The notes under the pieces: model-generated
What the model was told of the DNA's origin: nothing
The model's input: only the letters and a program-made list of their open reading frames with translations
Databases searched by the model: none
Shown here: in pieces, positions 51,548 to 63,207 of the stretch
Numbering within the stretch: the first letter of the stretch is position 1
Layout of the letters: the number at the start of each line of letters is the position of its first letter
Origin: Podarcis bocagei
Lineage: Eukaryota
Direction: 5' to 3' (one strand)
Length of the DNA stretch: 64,000 nt
Assembly (NCBI GenBank): GCA_964188305.1
Contig: OZ076885.1
Translations under genes and position numbers: made by a program

Positions 51548-52715
51548 AGGAGTTTGAGTGTCCTTTGCATGACAGGAAAGTAGTGAATTGTGTGAAAGTA
51601 AGAATCACATACACTGTTCTGCCCCCTGCTCTGCCCTTCCTATCACTGACCCACAGCTCTCAAAATGTTCCCCACCGTGGAAAGCAAGACATAGGTGGAA
51701 TCTTCACACATGGAAAAATGCTTTAAAAAACCAAACCATTTTAAAAAATACATTGAATTTGGCATAGCTCACTGTTGCCATCTGGTGTCACATTTGTATA
51801 TTGCACTTTACAGCCTGTTTTATTTGCAGCTGTATCGCTGGAGTCCTTGGGCTCAGAAGGCTTCCCCGCCCCTGTTCTAAAGGTCTGGGTTTGCATGTGT
51901 GAATGTGTCTGTGATCTTACCCAGGGTCCTTTGCACCTCACCTCTCTTCACCTTTCTCATTCTGCCAACGTATTTCTCTTCTGGCATCAGAAAACCGTCT
52001 GGAGAATCCCAAAGAAGCTATGAGACCAAATGTCAGACTCCGATAAAATGAAACGAGAAAATCTGAGCGTAAGTAAAAGACGGGAGGAAGGGAGCACTTG
52101 CTAAGAATTCTGTGGAGAAAATCTCTAGATAATCTCTCTAAAAGCAGCCAGAGGAACAGCAAGTGACATTGAAACTTATCTGTGCCAGTTCTGTTCACAC
52201 AAATCACTGCCTGATTGCATATGCAGCCCCTACAATGCTGAGCGAAGCACTAGAAGAAGAAAATATGTGAATTCTCACTGAGAATTCATTGGGGGGGGGG
52301 TTGCCTGAATTCATTGCCTTTCAAGGTGTCTTTCTACAAGGCAGCAATTTGATGGTGAGGATCTTTAAAAGAGAGAGACTGTTCCAAAAGTCTGTGAGAA
52401 TTCTAACATACTGAGTTCAGCTAGAAGTTCAGCAATGCAGGAAGTTGCCATATATTGACCCAGACTATTGCTCCATCTAGCTCAGTACTGTGTCTAAGTG
52501 GCATTCTGAGTGGCAGAGACATGACATGTTTTCAGCCAGAGAGTCTTCCCCAGTCCTAGCCAGAAATATTAGCGTTTGAATGTGGAATGTTCTGCATGCA
52601 AGCAGGGGCGTCGGAAGGGGGTCGGGGCGGACCGCCCCGGGTGCCCTCACTGAGGGGGGTGCCATTCGGCGCGCCACCCGCCTGTGACTCCCAAGCCTAC
52701 CCCGAGCTGTTGGGG

Positions 52716-52716
<1 letters not shown>

Positions 52717-52767
<51 letters not shown>

Positions 52768-52950
52768 TATTTATACCCCGCCCATCTGGCTGGGCTTCCC
52801 CAGCCACTCTGGGCGGCTTCCAGCAAAATATTAAAATACAGTAATGCATCAAACATTAAAAGCTTCCCTGAACAGGGCTGTCTTCAGATGTCTTCTAAAA
52901 GTCTGGTAGTTGTTTGTCTCTTTGACATCTGATGGGAGGGCATTCCACAG
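52717..52950 (-). mobile_element. L2 3' end with (TAT)n tail
   Basis: same L2 3' end sequence. Confidence 0.88.
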
Positions 52951-53079
52951 TCACCAGGCAGGTGGAGAGGTTCTCGGGTGATGCCATCCCACTCATTGCT
53001 CTCCCTTAAGGATGGGAGGGAATAGCAATGCACAAATGATACGAAATAGGCTCTAATTGCTTTAGTGCTATAGGCATTC

Positions 53080-53085
53080 TTTATT
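53080..53085 (-). terminator. Polyadenylation signal AATAAA of AMN
   Basis: TTTATT on + strand ~305 nt downstream of the AMN stop. Confidence 0.7.
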
Positions 53086-53390
53086 GAAATTCAGTGACGA
53101 TACATATTCCACTACTGATGAGAAAAAGATTTGCAGACCCTTTCTGATTTTCATGAGGACCATCCAGCAATTTGATATGCTCTCCCATTTGAAAATTAAG
53201 CAGTATTTTTAAGACAAGGCGGCGTCAAAATAACTTTGGGGGCCGATCACCAGGGAATTCTTCTGCACTGTCCCCATTGAAGTGAGCAGGATCTGTGCAT
53301 TGGTGAGCCGGTCTCTGCAGTGGCTCAGCCTGTTGAAATGGCAAGCAAAGTACAGGATGGCAGGATTTTCTTCCTCTGACAGCTTTGATG

Positions 53391-53504
53391 TTAAGCACAA
53401 AGTTCCGTTTCATCATATAAAGGATTAATGTAATAGAGCTCGCTATTTTTGCTCGCCATCTCCTTCGGTGCCTCCTCCTCCACGGAGCACGCTCCAGCTA
53501 AAGC
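53391..53504 (-). CDS. AMN: Amnionless last coding exon (~12)
   Basis: minus strand ctctcttctag|GCT; ALAGACSVEEEAPKEMASKNSELYYINPLYDETELCA*; second endocytic NPxY/F motif. Confidence 0.9.
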   Translation of the reverse strand, partial: ALAGACSVEEEAPKEMASKNSELYYINPLYDETELCA

Positions 53505-53717
53505 CTAGAAGAGAGAGAGAGACCAGAGTCTTTAATGCGGCTGGTGCAAAATATAACTCTGGAGCTTAAATCCTTTGAAGAGAAAGTCGATCTTATGGGT
53601 TGAGATGAATCCATATTGTCAACGCAGCACTTACGTTTCACAAAGCAATGCTCAAGGCTGTTCGTTTGCTGTGCACATGATAACCCACTTCTGCACTTAG
53701 AAAAGCTGGATATCTGT

Positions 53718-53770
<53 letters not shown>

Positions 53771-53829
53771 AAGTTGCTTATACTGCACAAAACCTTTTCC
53801 CTATCTTTGCTTTATTCTAAGGACCAAAC

Positions 53830-55260
53830 TGCATGCTGTGTTAAGCATGCTGTTCACAATTGCACTCTTTCTTGGCTTGGGAGGGTTCAATCCAGAAAGC
53901 AACTGTGGTGCATGTAAATGGTTAAATCAAAGCTACCTCCTAATCCTGATTGCTGCTTTTTAACAAAAGGGGGTGTGCTGATGATGTGCTCAATGTTACA
54001 TGTGGTTTAGTCCTAAATCTATAGCTTGGTGGGTTTTGGAATATTCCAGCCTGGACTGCTGGAACGAAGAATGTGGAAGGGTGGTGAATTCCAAGATATT
54101 TAATATATCGTGGACAGATCTGAAAGCCTGTCTTCTCTCTTAATTCATCATGTAAATCAACTGGTACATTCAGATGCAACCATTCCGATTTTGTTTTATT
54201 ATTTCTCAATCCAGTCAAATCTAACAAACGTTTTAATTTCCCCGATGGCCTCCATTAGTGACACCTCTGGATCAGAGACCACCCGAGCTATATCATCAGC
54301 AAGCAAATTGAGTGGATAGGATTGACCATTACATATAACACCGTTGATTTTATTATTATTTTGAACAGTGTTTGCAAGTGGTTCCATTGCAAACATGAAA
54401 GGTAGCATTGACAGAGGCAGCCTCGCTTTGTACCTCTCTGTACATCTACAGAGTGGAAGAGTCGTGTACATTAACCCTAACTACTGCTTTGCTATTAGTA
54501 TATAAAGGTTGTGGTGCTAATATAAAACCATCATCGAAGTTCTTTTGAGAGAAGAGTAGGTACAAATAATTCCCATGCATTTTATCAAAAGCTTTATGAG
54601 CATCTAATGAAGCGATCACACATGGATTTCTATACAGTTTTCCGTAATATACTGCGTTCGGCATCTTACATCCAGGAACTGCTATATGCCTATGCTTAAT
54701 GAAACCTGCTTGACCAGCACAGATTATACTAGGTACCTGGCTGTGACGGGCTGCCCTCCTCCCTCCTCGGGGAAAAGCCTGCAAGCGCCGCACACACGCT
54801 CCACGTGGCTCGTGAAAGGGAGCGCTGAGCAGAGCCTGGGATGAATACAGGCTCTGCTCAGCGCTCACTTTCACGAGCCGCATGGAGTGTGTGTGTGGCT
54901 CTTGGGGGCTTTTCCCGGAGGAGGGAGAGGGGACTGACGGGCTGCCCTTCTCCCTCCTTGGGGAAAAGCCCCCAAGAGCCGCACACAGCTCCATGAGGCT
55001 CTTTAAAGGGAGCGCTGAGCAGAGCCTCCCGCCTGCATTTGCTCCATAAGATGCACACACATTTCCCCTTACTTTTTAGGAGGGAAAAAGTGCGTCTTAT
55101 GGAATGAAAAATACGGTAATATATTTGCCAATCTATTAGCTAAAATACCAGAAAATATTTTAGCATCTTGCCCAGTGACTGAAATGGGTCTATAGGATTC
55201 TGGAGTCTCTGAATCAGGAGAAAGGGAGGAAGCCTCCAGCTGCACAGAAGGACCTTTGCT
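53830..55260 (-). mobile_element. Degraded L1-clade LINE ORF2 (RT) fragment in last AMN intron; boundaries approximate
   Basis: SYRPIS...DAKIFSGILANRL, SLDAHKAFD, PLS..PF.FAMEPLA, LLADD, IKYLGI motifs across frameshifts. Confidence 0.8.
54738..55117 (-). mobile_element. Partial pogo/Tigger-type MITE nested in the L1 fragment
   Basis: shares TIR and ATAAGATGCACACACATTTCCCCTT sequence with 37537-37933. Confidence 0.75.
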
Positions 55261-55313
55261 GAGCACTTGGAATATAAATCCTCCTTTCTTCTCCTGCCTT
55301 AACAATTTCATTA

Positions 55314-55740
55314 CAGTGGAGCCCCGCAAGACGAATGCCTCGCAAGACGGAAAACCCGCTAGACGAAAGGGTTTTCCGTTTTGGAGGTGCTTCGCAAAAC
55401 GAATTTCCTATGGGCTTGCTTCGCAAGACGAAAATGTCTTGCGAGTTCCTGCGGGGTTTTCCCCCTCCCCCCTTTCCCCCAAGCTGCTAAGCCGCTTATC
55501 AGCTGATCCTAAGCCGCTTATCAGCTGATCCGCTAAGCCGCTTAACAGCTGATCCGCTAAGGCGCTTATCAGCTGATCCGCTAAGCCGCTAAACCGCTTA
55601 TCAGCTGACCCGCTAAGGCCGCTAAGCCGCTAATAGCGCTAATCCGCTAATCCGCTAATGGGCTTGCTTCGCAAGACAAAAAAACCGCAAGACGAAGAGA
55701 CTCGCGGAACGGATTCTTTTCATCTTGCGAGGCACCACTG
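55314..55740. mobile_element. Tc1/mariner MITE with internal minisatellite
   Basis: CAGTGG...CCACTG TIRs, TA TSDs, tandem GCTAAGCCGCTTATCAGCTGATCC units at ~55484-55660. Confidence 0.85.
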
Positions 55741-56036
55741 TATTTATTTCTACAGTGCCATGAAATGTGCATTGCACCATACAAGGGGGCTGACCCCTGT
55801 CCTGAGGGGAGGGCTACTATCTAACCACCCCCCGCCCCACTGCCATTTAAAAGAATCCCCTGGCTTTGCTGCAAGCTACCCTACGAACATAAGCTGCAAT
55901 CGGGCATTTGTGCAACTTCATAGCCGTTCATTTTTGGGATCCATTGACTTGCGCAGCAGCCCTCTCCCTGTGCTAAGACGATGCAGGAGGAGCTACTGTT
56001 GCAAGATGATGATTTACATAAAGGTGGAATTCTTAC

Positions 56037-56157
56037 CACTGGGTCACATGGTGTGTCGAAAATGGGATTATCAAACCCCTTGTCGGCTGTTTCTCCTGAA
56101 AGATCCAAGTCCCTTTTTCGGCTCCACAAGGAGGTAAAATGAACGGACGCGAGAGAT
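56037..56157 (-). CDS. AMN: Amnionless exon (~11), cytoplasmic tail
   Basis: minus strand ctacag|A TCT..GTG|gtaaga; SLASVHFTSLWSRKRDLDLSGETADKGFDNPIFDTPCDPV with FxNPxF motif; phases fit neighbours. Confidence 0.9.
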
Positions 56158-56351
56158 CTGTAGAAGGAGAAATGACTGGAAATCAGCACAAACAGCCGCC
56201 ATGAAATTCTATGATTCTGTGTTGATCTATAAGAGGTTTCATTTGGAGGCCCTGAACTCAGGGAATGGTCAAAGATTTAAGCTATGCACCATCACTGAAC
56301 ACTGGCTGAAGGAGGGTGGACAGCCAGATACAACAGAGGCTTCTTGAGGCC

Positions 56352-56658
56352 AGCGGTTTGAATCCCCGCAACAGAGTGAGTTCCTGTTGCTCTGTTCCAG
56401 CTCCTGCCAACCTTGCAGTTCGAAAGCATGCCAGTGCAAGTAGATGAATAGGTACCACTGTGGCAGGAAGGTAAACGGCATTTCCGTGTACTCTGGCTTC
56501 TGTCATGGTGTTCTGTTGTGCCAGAAGCGGTTTAGTCCTGACCCAGCAAGCTGTCTGTGGACAAACTCCCTCAGCCTGAAAACGAGATGAACACCACAAC
56601 CCTATAGTCATCTCTGACTGGACTTAACCGTCTAGGGGTCCTTTTCCTTTACCTTACC
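56352..56658 (+). mobile_element. Sauria SINE, 5'-truncated
   Basis: GCGGTTTGAATCCCCG...CCTTTACCTTACC. Confidence 0.8.
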
Positions 56659-56901
56659 TCTTGATCACCAGTAGGCCAACAGAAGTCATGTGAGAAGTCT
56701 TGACCCTTCCACATCCCCTACAAAAGAACTCCTTCCCTGGCAAGCTTGCCCTGTGGATTTTCCTAACCCCTGCCTCTTGCACCTGCTTCACCTTTACTGC
56801 ACCTGATCATGCCACCCTCATGTCAAGTTGCTCCTTGGCTATTGCCCCCCCCCCAAGCTCTGTGGAAGCCCAGCTTGACCCTTTCGTACAGCAAAGGCTC
56901 T

Positions 56902-57165
56902 TGAAGAAGAAGAGGAGGAGGAGGAGGAATTTGGATTTGATATCCTGCTTTATCACTACCCGAAGGAGTCTCAAAGCAGCTAACATCCTCCTTTCCCTTC
57001 CTCCCCCACAACAAACACTCTGTGAGGTGAGTGGGGCTGAGAGACTTCAGAGAAGTGTGACTGGCCCAAGGTCACCTAGCAGCTGCATGTGGAGGAGCAG
57101 GGAAGTGAACCCGGTTCACCAGGTTACGAGACTACCGCTCTTAACCACTACACCACACTGGCTCC
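56902..57165 (-). mobile_element. Squam3-like SINE
   Basis: reverse complement GAGCCAGTGTGGTGTAGTGGTTAAGAGCGG... with (CCT/CTT)n tail; older relative at ~57290-57497. Confidence 0.8.
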
Positions 57166-59614
57166 CAAGGGGATTTATTGTTTTCCACAATCACTTGCCA
57201 AGTGGGGCTGGGTGGGGAGCGAGAACACATGCATTCCTGTTTGCTTAGGTAACCAGGTGAGTACTCCCTTGTATCAGAAAGTTTAATTGATTGATTAGTT
57301 GCATTTAAATCCCATCTTCTTCTCCAAGGAGCTGAAGGTGTCATAAATGGTTCTCCCTCTCTTCATTTAATACCCACAAACAAACCTTTGAGGTAGGTTA
57401 GGCTGAGAGGTAGTGACTGGCCCAAGGTCACCCAATGAGCTTCATGGTCGAAAGCGGATTTGAACCCTCGTTTGCCTCCCTAACCACACTGGCTCTGCTA
57501 ACATGCAGCCGATGTGCAGTGGTGAAGATTGACTTCTGCCTTCAGGGGTTCCTCTGAGCTGGTGTTATTTCCCATGGAATGTGCATGGAGACACACCTTG
57601 CAAAGGCTAGGTGAAGTTGCCTTGTCAGCAGAATATGCTCCCCTCTTCCCAAGGCTGCTAAAATAGTTCTAAGAACTAGGTGCATTAGAGAATTCCAACA
57701 GAAACAGAGCTGGAAATGGCTGGTGTTCACCATGTCTGTAATGGAAACCAACCCTCCAAATGCAATTGGCATTCACTGCCGTTTTCCGTTCACAAATGAT
57801 ACATAATAAGACTCCCATGCTTCCGATTCCTTTGCGTTACATTTAAATGAACGGCCTTTGTGTTGAGATGAACAGTGTGGAATATAAACATAATTATGTA
57901 AAATCCTCCTTCAGTGCAGAGGGAGATGATTGGTGCATTTTCCCCCCAGAAGCTAAACTGCAGGGGAACAGAAATAGCCCTGCGTACACAGAACACATGT
58001 TGGAATTGAAATTGATGCCATAATTCCGATTAGAACTACGGTTCCCAAGCCAGTTTCAGTTTGTGGTGTATACAGTGTTGTTTTTTTCATTTAAAAGAAA
58101 AAATGTTTAGGGGCACTCTCATTTTGAATCAAGAAAATCACCATTTCCTAGTTCAAATTGGGAAGAATAAATACAGTAAATGGACAAAAGTACAAAGAAC
58201 ATGCACAACACCGTTATCCCATCTTTTGTTTTTACAGAGTCATCCTTAACTTTACACTTCATTGCTGGCTGTGATGATGAAAAATAGTAATTTTCCTACT
58301 CATATTGAAATACTGCCCCTCAATCAGGCCAAACTTTCATCAGTAAAACACCATGCACCCACATTCCACACTGCTTCACACATTAAACGCTCGCTTCTGT
58401 CTGAGACTCAGGAACACCATGAGAGGAAATGAGGCTGCCATTGGGGGTAGCAACAGAACTGGCGATTCACAGTGCTAGAGAAGAAACTAAAAAAAATATT
58501 TTTTTTAGATTCACAAAATGTTTAGGGGTATGCGTACCCTTGCACAACCCCCCCCCCCGAAAAAAGCACTGGGGGTATATATAGTGTGTATGTTTGAACA
58601 AGGGACCATGAAACTGAAACACCATTGATGATGACAGTCCCATAATTTACATGATTGCTTAACCTGGGATAAGGAGAAATAAGTCAAGAGTCCCTTGTCT
58701 TGTCTCAAGTTGCTGACCATTTCAAACTCAATCCACTCTCTTACTCACCACCTGATTATAGTCACAAACCAACAGGCTGTAGTGACTTCAAAGAACATTT
58801 TCCCAGAACAACCGATAATGCAATTAGGCACAGAATAGGAAGGTTCCTTGCCTGATTGCTCTGATCCTTTACAAAAAGATTTCCTCCAAACACCTCCTGC
58901 CTTTAAAAAAAAGGAGGGAGAGGGAGAGAGAGAGGACATTTTGTCTCAATAGAAAACCCAGTTTCCAAATCCACACCACAGGGAAATGCATGCTATATTC
59001 TCAGCAACGGAAGTTTGGAGTTTTATTTAGAAATTAAACGAAGCTCCTGTTTTATTGCTGGGAAATGCTAATCAGCTTGACACTAGCAAGGAAAACAAGC
59101 AAGGCCCAGGAGCTTTGCTGCCTGGTGTGTGGGGGGGGGGGGAGGCTAGCACTAATGAACAGGAACAGCCCAAGCGCACAGAGCATGGCGCATTGGTTTG
59201 CCAGCTGGTGGAGCACACCGAGAACGAAGATTACCCCTGAGAGCGCATAGAAGGAGCATTTGGGACTTCAGCTGGAAGCTTGCCAGGGGCATGCACACAC
59301 CGTGACCAACCACTACGCCCACTGGATATCTGCAGCATGTGTTTATATAGTCTACTGAAACGGCAGAACGGCGATGAGCAAGCAGGTCAGTCTAGGGCAG
59401 AGGAAAGGGCTGCCTGGCAAGTTCTCTCCATCCATCCACCCGCCTCCTGCCTATAGCATAGGCATAGGAAGATCTGGGGTCTGTCAATGGTTAGCGCGTC
59501 TACTCTGCATGCAGGAGGTTCCAGGTTCAATCTGAGTTATTTCCAGGGAAGGGGGAGATCCCTGTCTGAGATCCTGGAGAGCCACTGCCCATGTAGACAA
59601 TACTGAGTTGTGCA

Positions 59615-59960
59615 GAAGCTGCGAAAAGGGGTCCAATCCCATGCTAGAGATGGTTAGGAAAGGGCTGAAAGCAAAACTGCCTGGAAAACAAGTGAGGTCC
59701 CAAGCAAAGAAGAATGGCAACATAAACTGATGGAATACGCAGAGCTTGCCGATTTAGCATATAGAATAAGAGAACAAGAAGAATGTATGTTCAAAGAAGA
59801 CTGGAAAATGTTTACTGGATGTCGGGGGGGGGGAATTGTGTTCATTTAAAAACGCTGGCAGCATTAAGACAAATTCAAGAGTGTAAAGAGTTTTGATGGA
59901 TGTAACAATGGATTACTGAATGGTTTAATTCATGCAAAATATGCAGGGATGTATGGTATG
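59615..59960 (+). mobile_element. L1-clade LINE 3' end fragment
   Basis: P..EEWQHKLMEYAELA...FKEDWKMF, typical of L1 ORF2 C-terminus. Confidence 0.6.
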
Positions 59961-59965
59961 CAATT

Positions 59966-60790
59966 AAGCCGGAATTAAGATTGCCGGAAGAAATATCAAC
60001 AACCTCAGATATGCAGATGACACAACTTTGATGGCAGAAAGTGAGGAGGAATTAAAGAACCTCTTAATGAGGGTGAAAGAGGAGAACGCAAAATATGGCC
60101 TGAAGCTCAACATCAAAAAATGAAGATCATGGCCAATGGTCTCGTTACCTCCTGGCAAATAGAAGGGGAAGAAATGGAGGCAGTGAGAGATTTTACTTTC
60201 CTGGGCTCCATGATCACTGCAGATGGTGACAGCAGTCACGAAATTAAAAGACGCCTGCTTTTTGGGAGAAAAGCAATGACAAACCTAGACAGCATCTTAA
60301 AAAGCAGAGACATCACCTTGCCAACAAAGGTCTGTATAGTTAAAGCTATGGTTTTCCCAGTAGTGATGTATGGAAGTGAGAGCTGGACCATAGAGAAGGC
60401 TGATCGCCAAAGAATTGATGGTTTTGAATTATGGTGCTGGAGGAGACTCTGGAGAGTCCCATGGACTGCAAGAAGATCAAACCTATCCATTCTGAAGGAA
60501 ATCAGCCCTGAGTGCTCACTGGAAGGACAGATCGTGAAGCTGAGGCTCCAATACTTTGGCCACCTCATGAGAAGAGAAGACTCCCTGGAAAAGACCCTGA
60601 TGTTGGGAAAGGTGGAGGGCACAACGAGAAGGGGACGACAGAGGACGAGGTGGTTGGACAGTGTTCTCTTGAAGCTACTAACATGAGTTTGACCAAACTG
60701 TGGGAGGCAGTGGAAGACAGGAGGACCTGGCGTGCTCTGGTCCATGGGGTCATGAAGAGTCGGACACGACTAAACGACTAAACAACAACA
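59966..60790 (+). mobile_element. Bov-B (RTE) LINE 3' fragment
   Basis: GIKIAGRNINNLRYADDTTLMAESEEELK RT motif through 3' end GACTAAACAACAAC. Confidence 0.93.
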
Positions 60791-60879
60791 TGGTTTGCAA
60801 AATGAACCACGGAAAGAGAAGAAGGGAAGTCATTGATTTAAGGTTGTTTAAATGAATATTTCGAAGTGTGTGTGTGTAT

Positions 60880-60919
<40 letters not shown>

Positions 60920-61040
60920 GCAAAACTGCCAGTGCCAGAATACCATTATAAAGATGCATGTGTGATCACACTTGGAATACTGTGTCTAGTTCTGGTCAAC
61001 TCAATGAGGATATTGCAGAGCTGGAAGAGGTTCGCAAAAG

Positions 61041-61133
61041 AGCAGCAGCAGCAGCAACAACAACAACAACAATAACAACAATGTTTATTATTTGTACCCC
61101 ACCCATATGACTGGGTTGCCCCAGCCACTCTGG
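61041..61133 (-). mobile_element. L2 extreme 3' end with (TTG)/(CTG) tail, inserted in a CR1 fragment
   Basis: GCCCCAGCCACTCTGGG L2 end; CR1-like flanks ~60970-61190. Confidence 0.65.
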
Positions 61134-61192
61134 GGTTGGAGTAACTTCCCCATGAGGAATGTTGTACCGTTTGGGAATTTTTAGTTTAGAAG

Positions 61193-61487
61193 GCTCCCCT
61201 CTCCCCTGGTCTCCCAGGACCAGGAGAAGTATGAAGAGGGAGAAGCGGAGACAGTCGCGCTGGCATAGTCTCAGATGACTTGGGAAGGACTCAGGGGAAG
61301 AAGAGACTTCAGCAGCTCAGGGAAGGCCAGGGATCTTCAGCCTCCACAACTGCCTCATAGGGGCAAGACCTACAAAGAAGAGTTGCTGTGCTCATTAGGC
61401 CTGACACTCCTGAGCAGACCTTGTTTCGTTTCATAGTGAGTTAACTTCACTTACTCCTTGTGATTTATTGCTGGCTCGCTCCTGACA
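61193..61487 (+). mobile_element. Partial LTR, same family as 50591-51547
   Basis: shared GAGTTGCTGTGCTCATTAGGCCTGACACTCCT and GCTGGCTCGCTCCTG(A/T)CA end. Confidence 0.75.
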
Positions 61488-61816
61488 CAAGGCCAGCTCC
61501 ATGGGAGTTTTTGTTTTCATACTGAATGATGAACTTTTGTACCAAACGGGAGAGCAACAGATCTGATGATTGCTGGAGAATGCTGGACACTACTTTGCAT
61601 TGTGTATCTGGGTGGGTCCGAGAACCTATCAAAACCTAGCATGCCAAGGGGCAAAATTCCAACCTCGCCTTCTTCCTGACATGCTTGTTTTCTGCATGCA
61701 AGGATTTTTTTAAACAATAAAAAATTGCAGAGGAGCATTTATATGTGCTCTCCCATGGTACATACGGTTCCCGAAATACCATACCGCGTACTGAATATGT
61801 AGCCTAGCCCTGTTAC

Positions 61817-61979
61817 CTTAAAGTCCCTTTTCTGTAGAGTAGCAGGACAGCTCCCAAGAGCAGCAAGACAAGGAACAGAACAACGACTGTCCCAGCAATT
61901 GTAGCACCAGCCTCTTGAGTACTCCGGTTACTGCCAGTGGCTGCATGCAGGGTCCTCACCACAATGCCAAACGGCACTC
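61817..61979 (-). CDS. AMN: Amnionless exon (~10), transmembrane helix; gene continues beyond window
   Basis: minus strand tttgcag|GA..AG|gtaaca, 163 nt; VPFGIVVRTLHAATGSNRSTQEAGATIAGTVVVLFLVLLLLGAVLLLYRKGTLR; convergent to CDC42BPB as in mammals. Confidence 0.9.
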
Positions 61980-62181
61980 CTGCAAAAGCCAAACAAAATG
62001 TTACCGCCCTGATGAGGTGTCCAATTAGTTTGCATGGAGTAAATGATCCATTTTCTGCTAGACAGCAAATGACTCTATTCTACCTATTGCCCCCATCATT
62101 ATTCTATTGCTGATTTGCTTATACCAGACAGAATTGGTGCTGCCACTGCAATGTTATTTCCAAGGGCACATTAGCACTGTA

Positions 62182-62481
62182 CAATGGTAACTTGGTTTTT
62201 GAAACACCTTAGTTCACGAACAACTTGGAACCTGAACGCTGCAAAACCAGAAGTAGGTATTCTGGTTTTCAAACTTTCTTTCAAAAGCCGAACATCCTCC
62301 GTTTTGAGTCCTCCTGTGTTTCTTGTTGCGCTGCTAATTTGCACCCCCCCCCCATTGTAATTCTGAGGTGATATTTGGAGATTATATTTGGTGCTTTTGT
62401 TTTTGCTATTTATTTTGTGTTTTTTGTTTTGAGGCTTTTTCAGTTAATTTGTTTTTGTGACTGTGTGGATCCCAGTTCAGC

Positions 62482-62519
<38 letters not shown>

Positions 62520-62856
62520 GTGACTGCAAAATGAATAAAAGCCCCCCATCCAAACAATGACTATCATCAGTCCAGGTAAGAAAGTTTTTTAATTCTAATT
62601 TTTATCATCTACAATACTGTTTTGTTTATTGTATAGTACAGTACATTGATTATTGCTTTCATTTTATGGATCAATGGTCTTGTAAGGTAGTAAAATTCAT
62701 GTTAAATTGCTGTTTTAGGGGTTCTTTTTAAAAGTCTGGAATGGATTAATCCGTTTTGCATTACTTTCTATGGGAAAGCGCACCTTGGTTTTGGAACGCT
62801 TTGGTTTTGGAATAGACTTCTGGAACGGATTAAGTTTGAGAACCAAGGTACCATTG
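62182..62856. mobile_element. Tigger-like non-autonomous DNA transposon
   Basis: CAATGGTAACTTGGTT / AACCAAGGTACCATTG TIRs with TA TSDs. Confidence 0.75.
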
Positions 62857-62924
62857 TACACCCAAAGCACTATAATACCATTTTGTCAGTCATGGCCTCT
62901 CCTAAAGATTCCTGGGCATGGTAG

Positions 62925-63207
62925 AATAATAGAATTATAGAACAGGAAGGGACCACCAGGGTCGTCTAGTCCAAACTGCTGCTATGCTGGTATCTTCTGT
63001 CCAAAGCGGGACTTGAACACACAACCCAGAGATGAAGAATCTCATACTCTACTGACAGAGCTATAGTTAGTTAAGGGTGCTGAGCGTTGTTAAGAACCAT
63101 AGAATTGTAGAGTTGGAAGAGACCTCAAGGGTCATTTAGTCCAACCCTGTGCAAGGCAGAGATCTTTTTGCCCAATGCAGGACTTGAACCCATGGCCCTG
63201 AGTTTAA
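62925..63207 (-). mobile_element. Two tandem tRNA-Lys/CR1-tail SINE (Squam2-like) copies
   Basis: ATAGAAT tails, CTAGTCCAA CR1 3' motif, GGACTTGAACC B box. Confidence 0.65.

Noticed and set aside
40900-53000. Search for a third protein-coding gene in the intergenic interval
   Set aside because: No recognisable coding exons outside transposon fragments
53498-53963. ORFs with YIYI, poly-Y, poly-M or poly-N tracts here and elsewhere
   Set aside because: Translations of microsatellites
55484-55660. Regular palindromic repeats reminiscent of CRISPR
   Set aside because: No unique spacers, eukaryotic context, inside a MITE
60120-60686. 188-aa ORF and the 153-aa ORF at 50654
   Set aside because: Bov-B fragments
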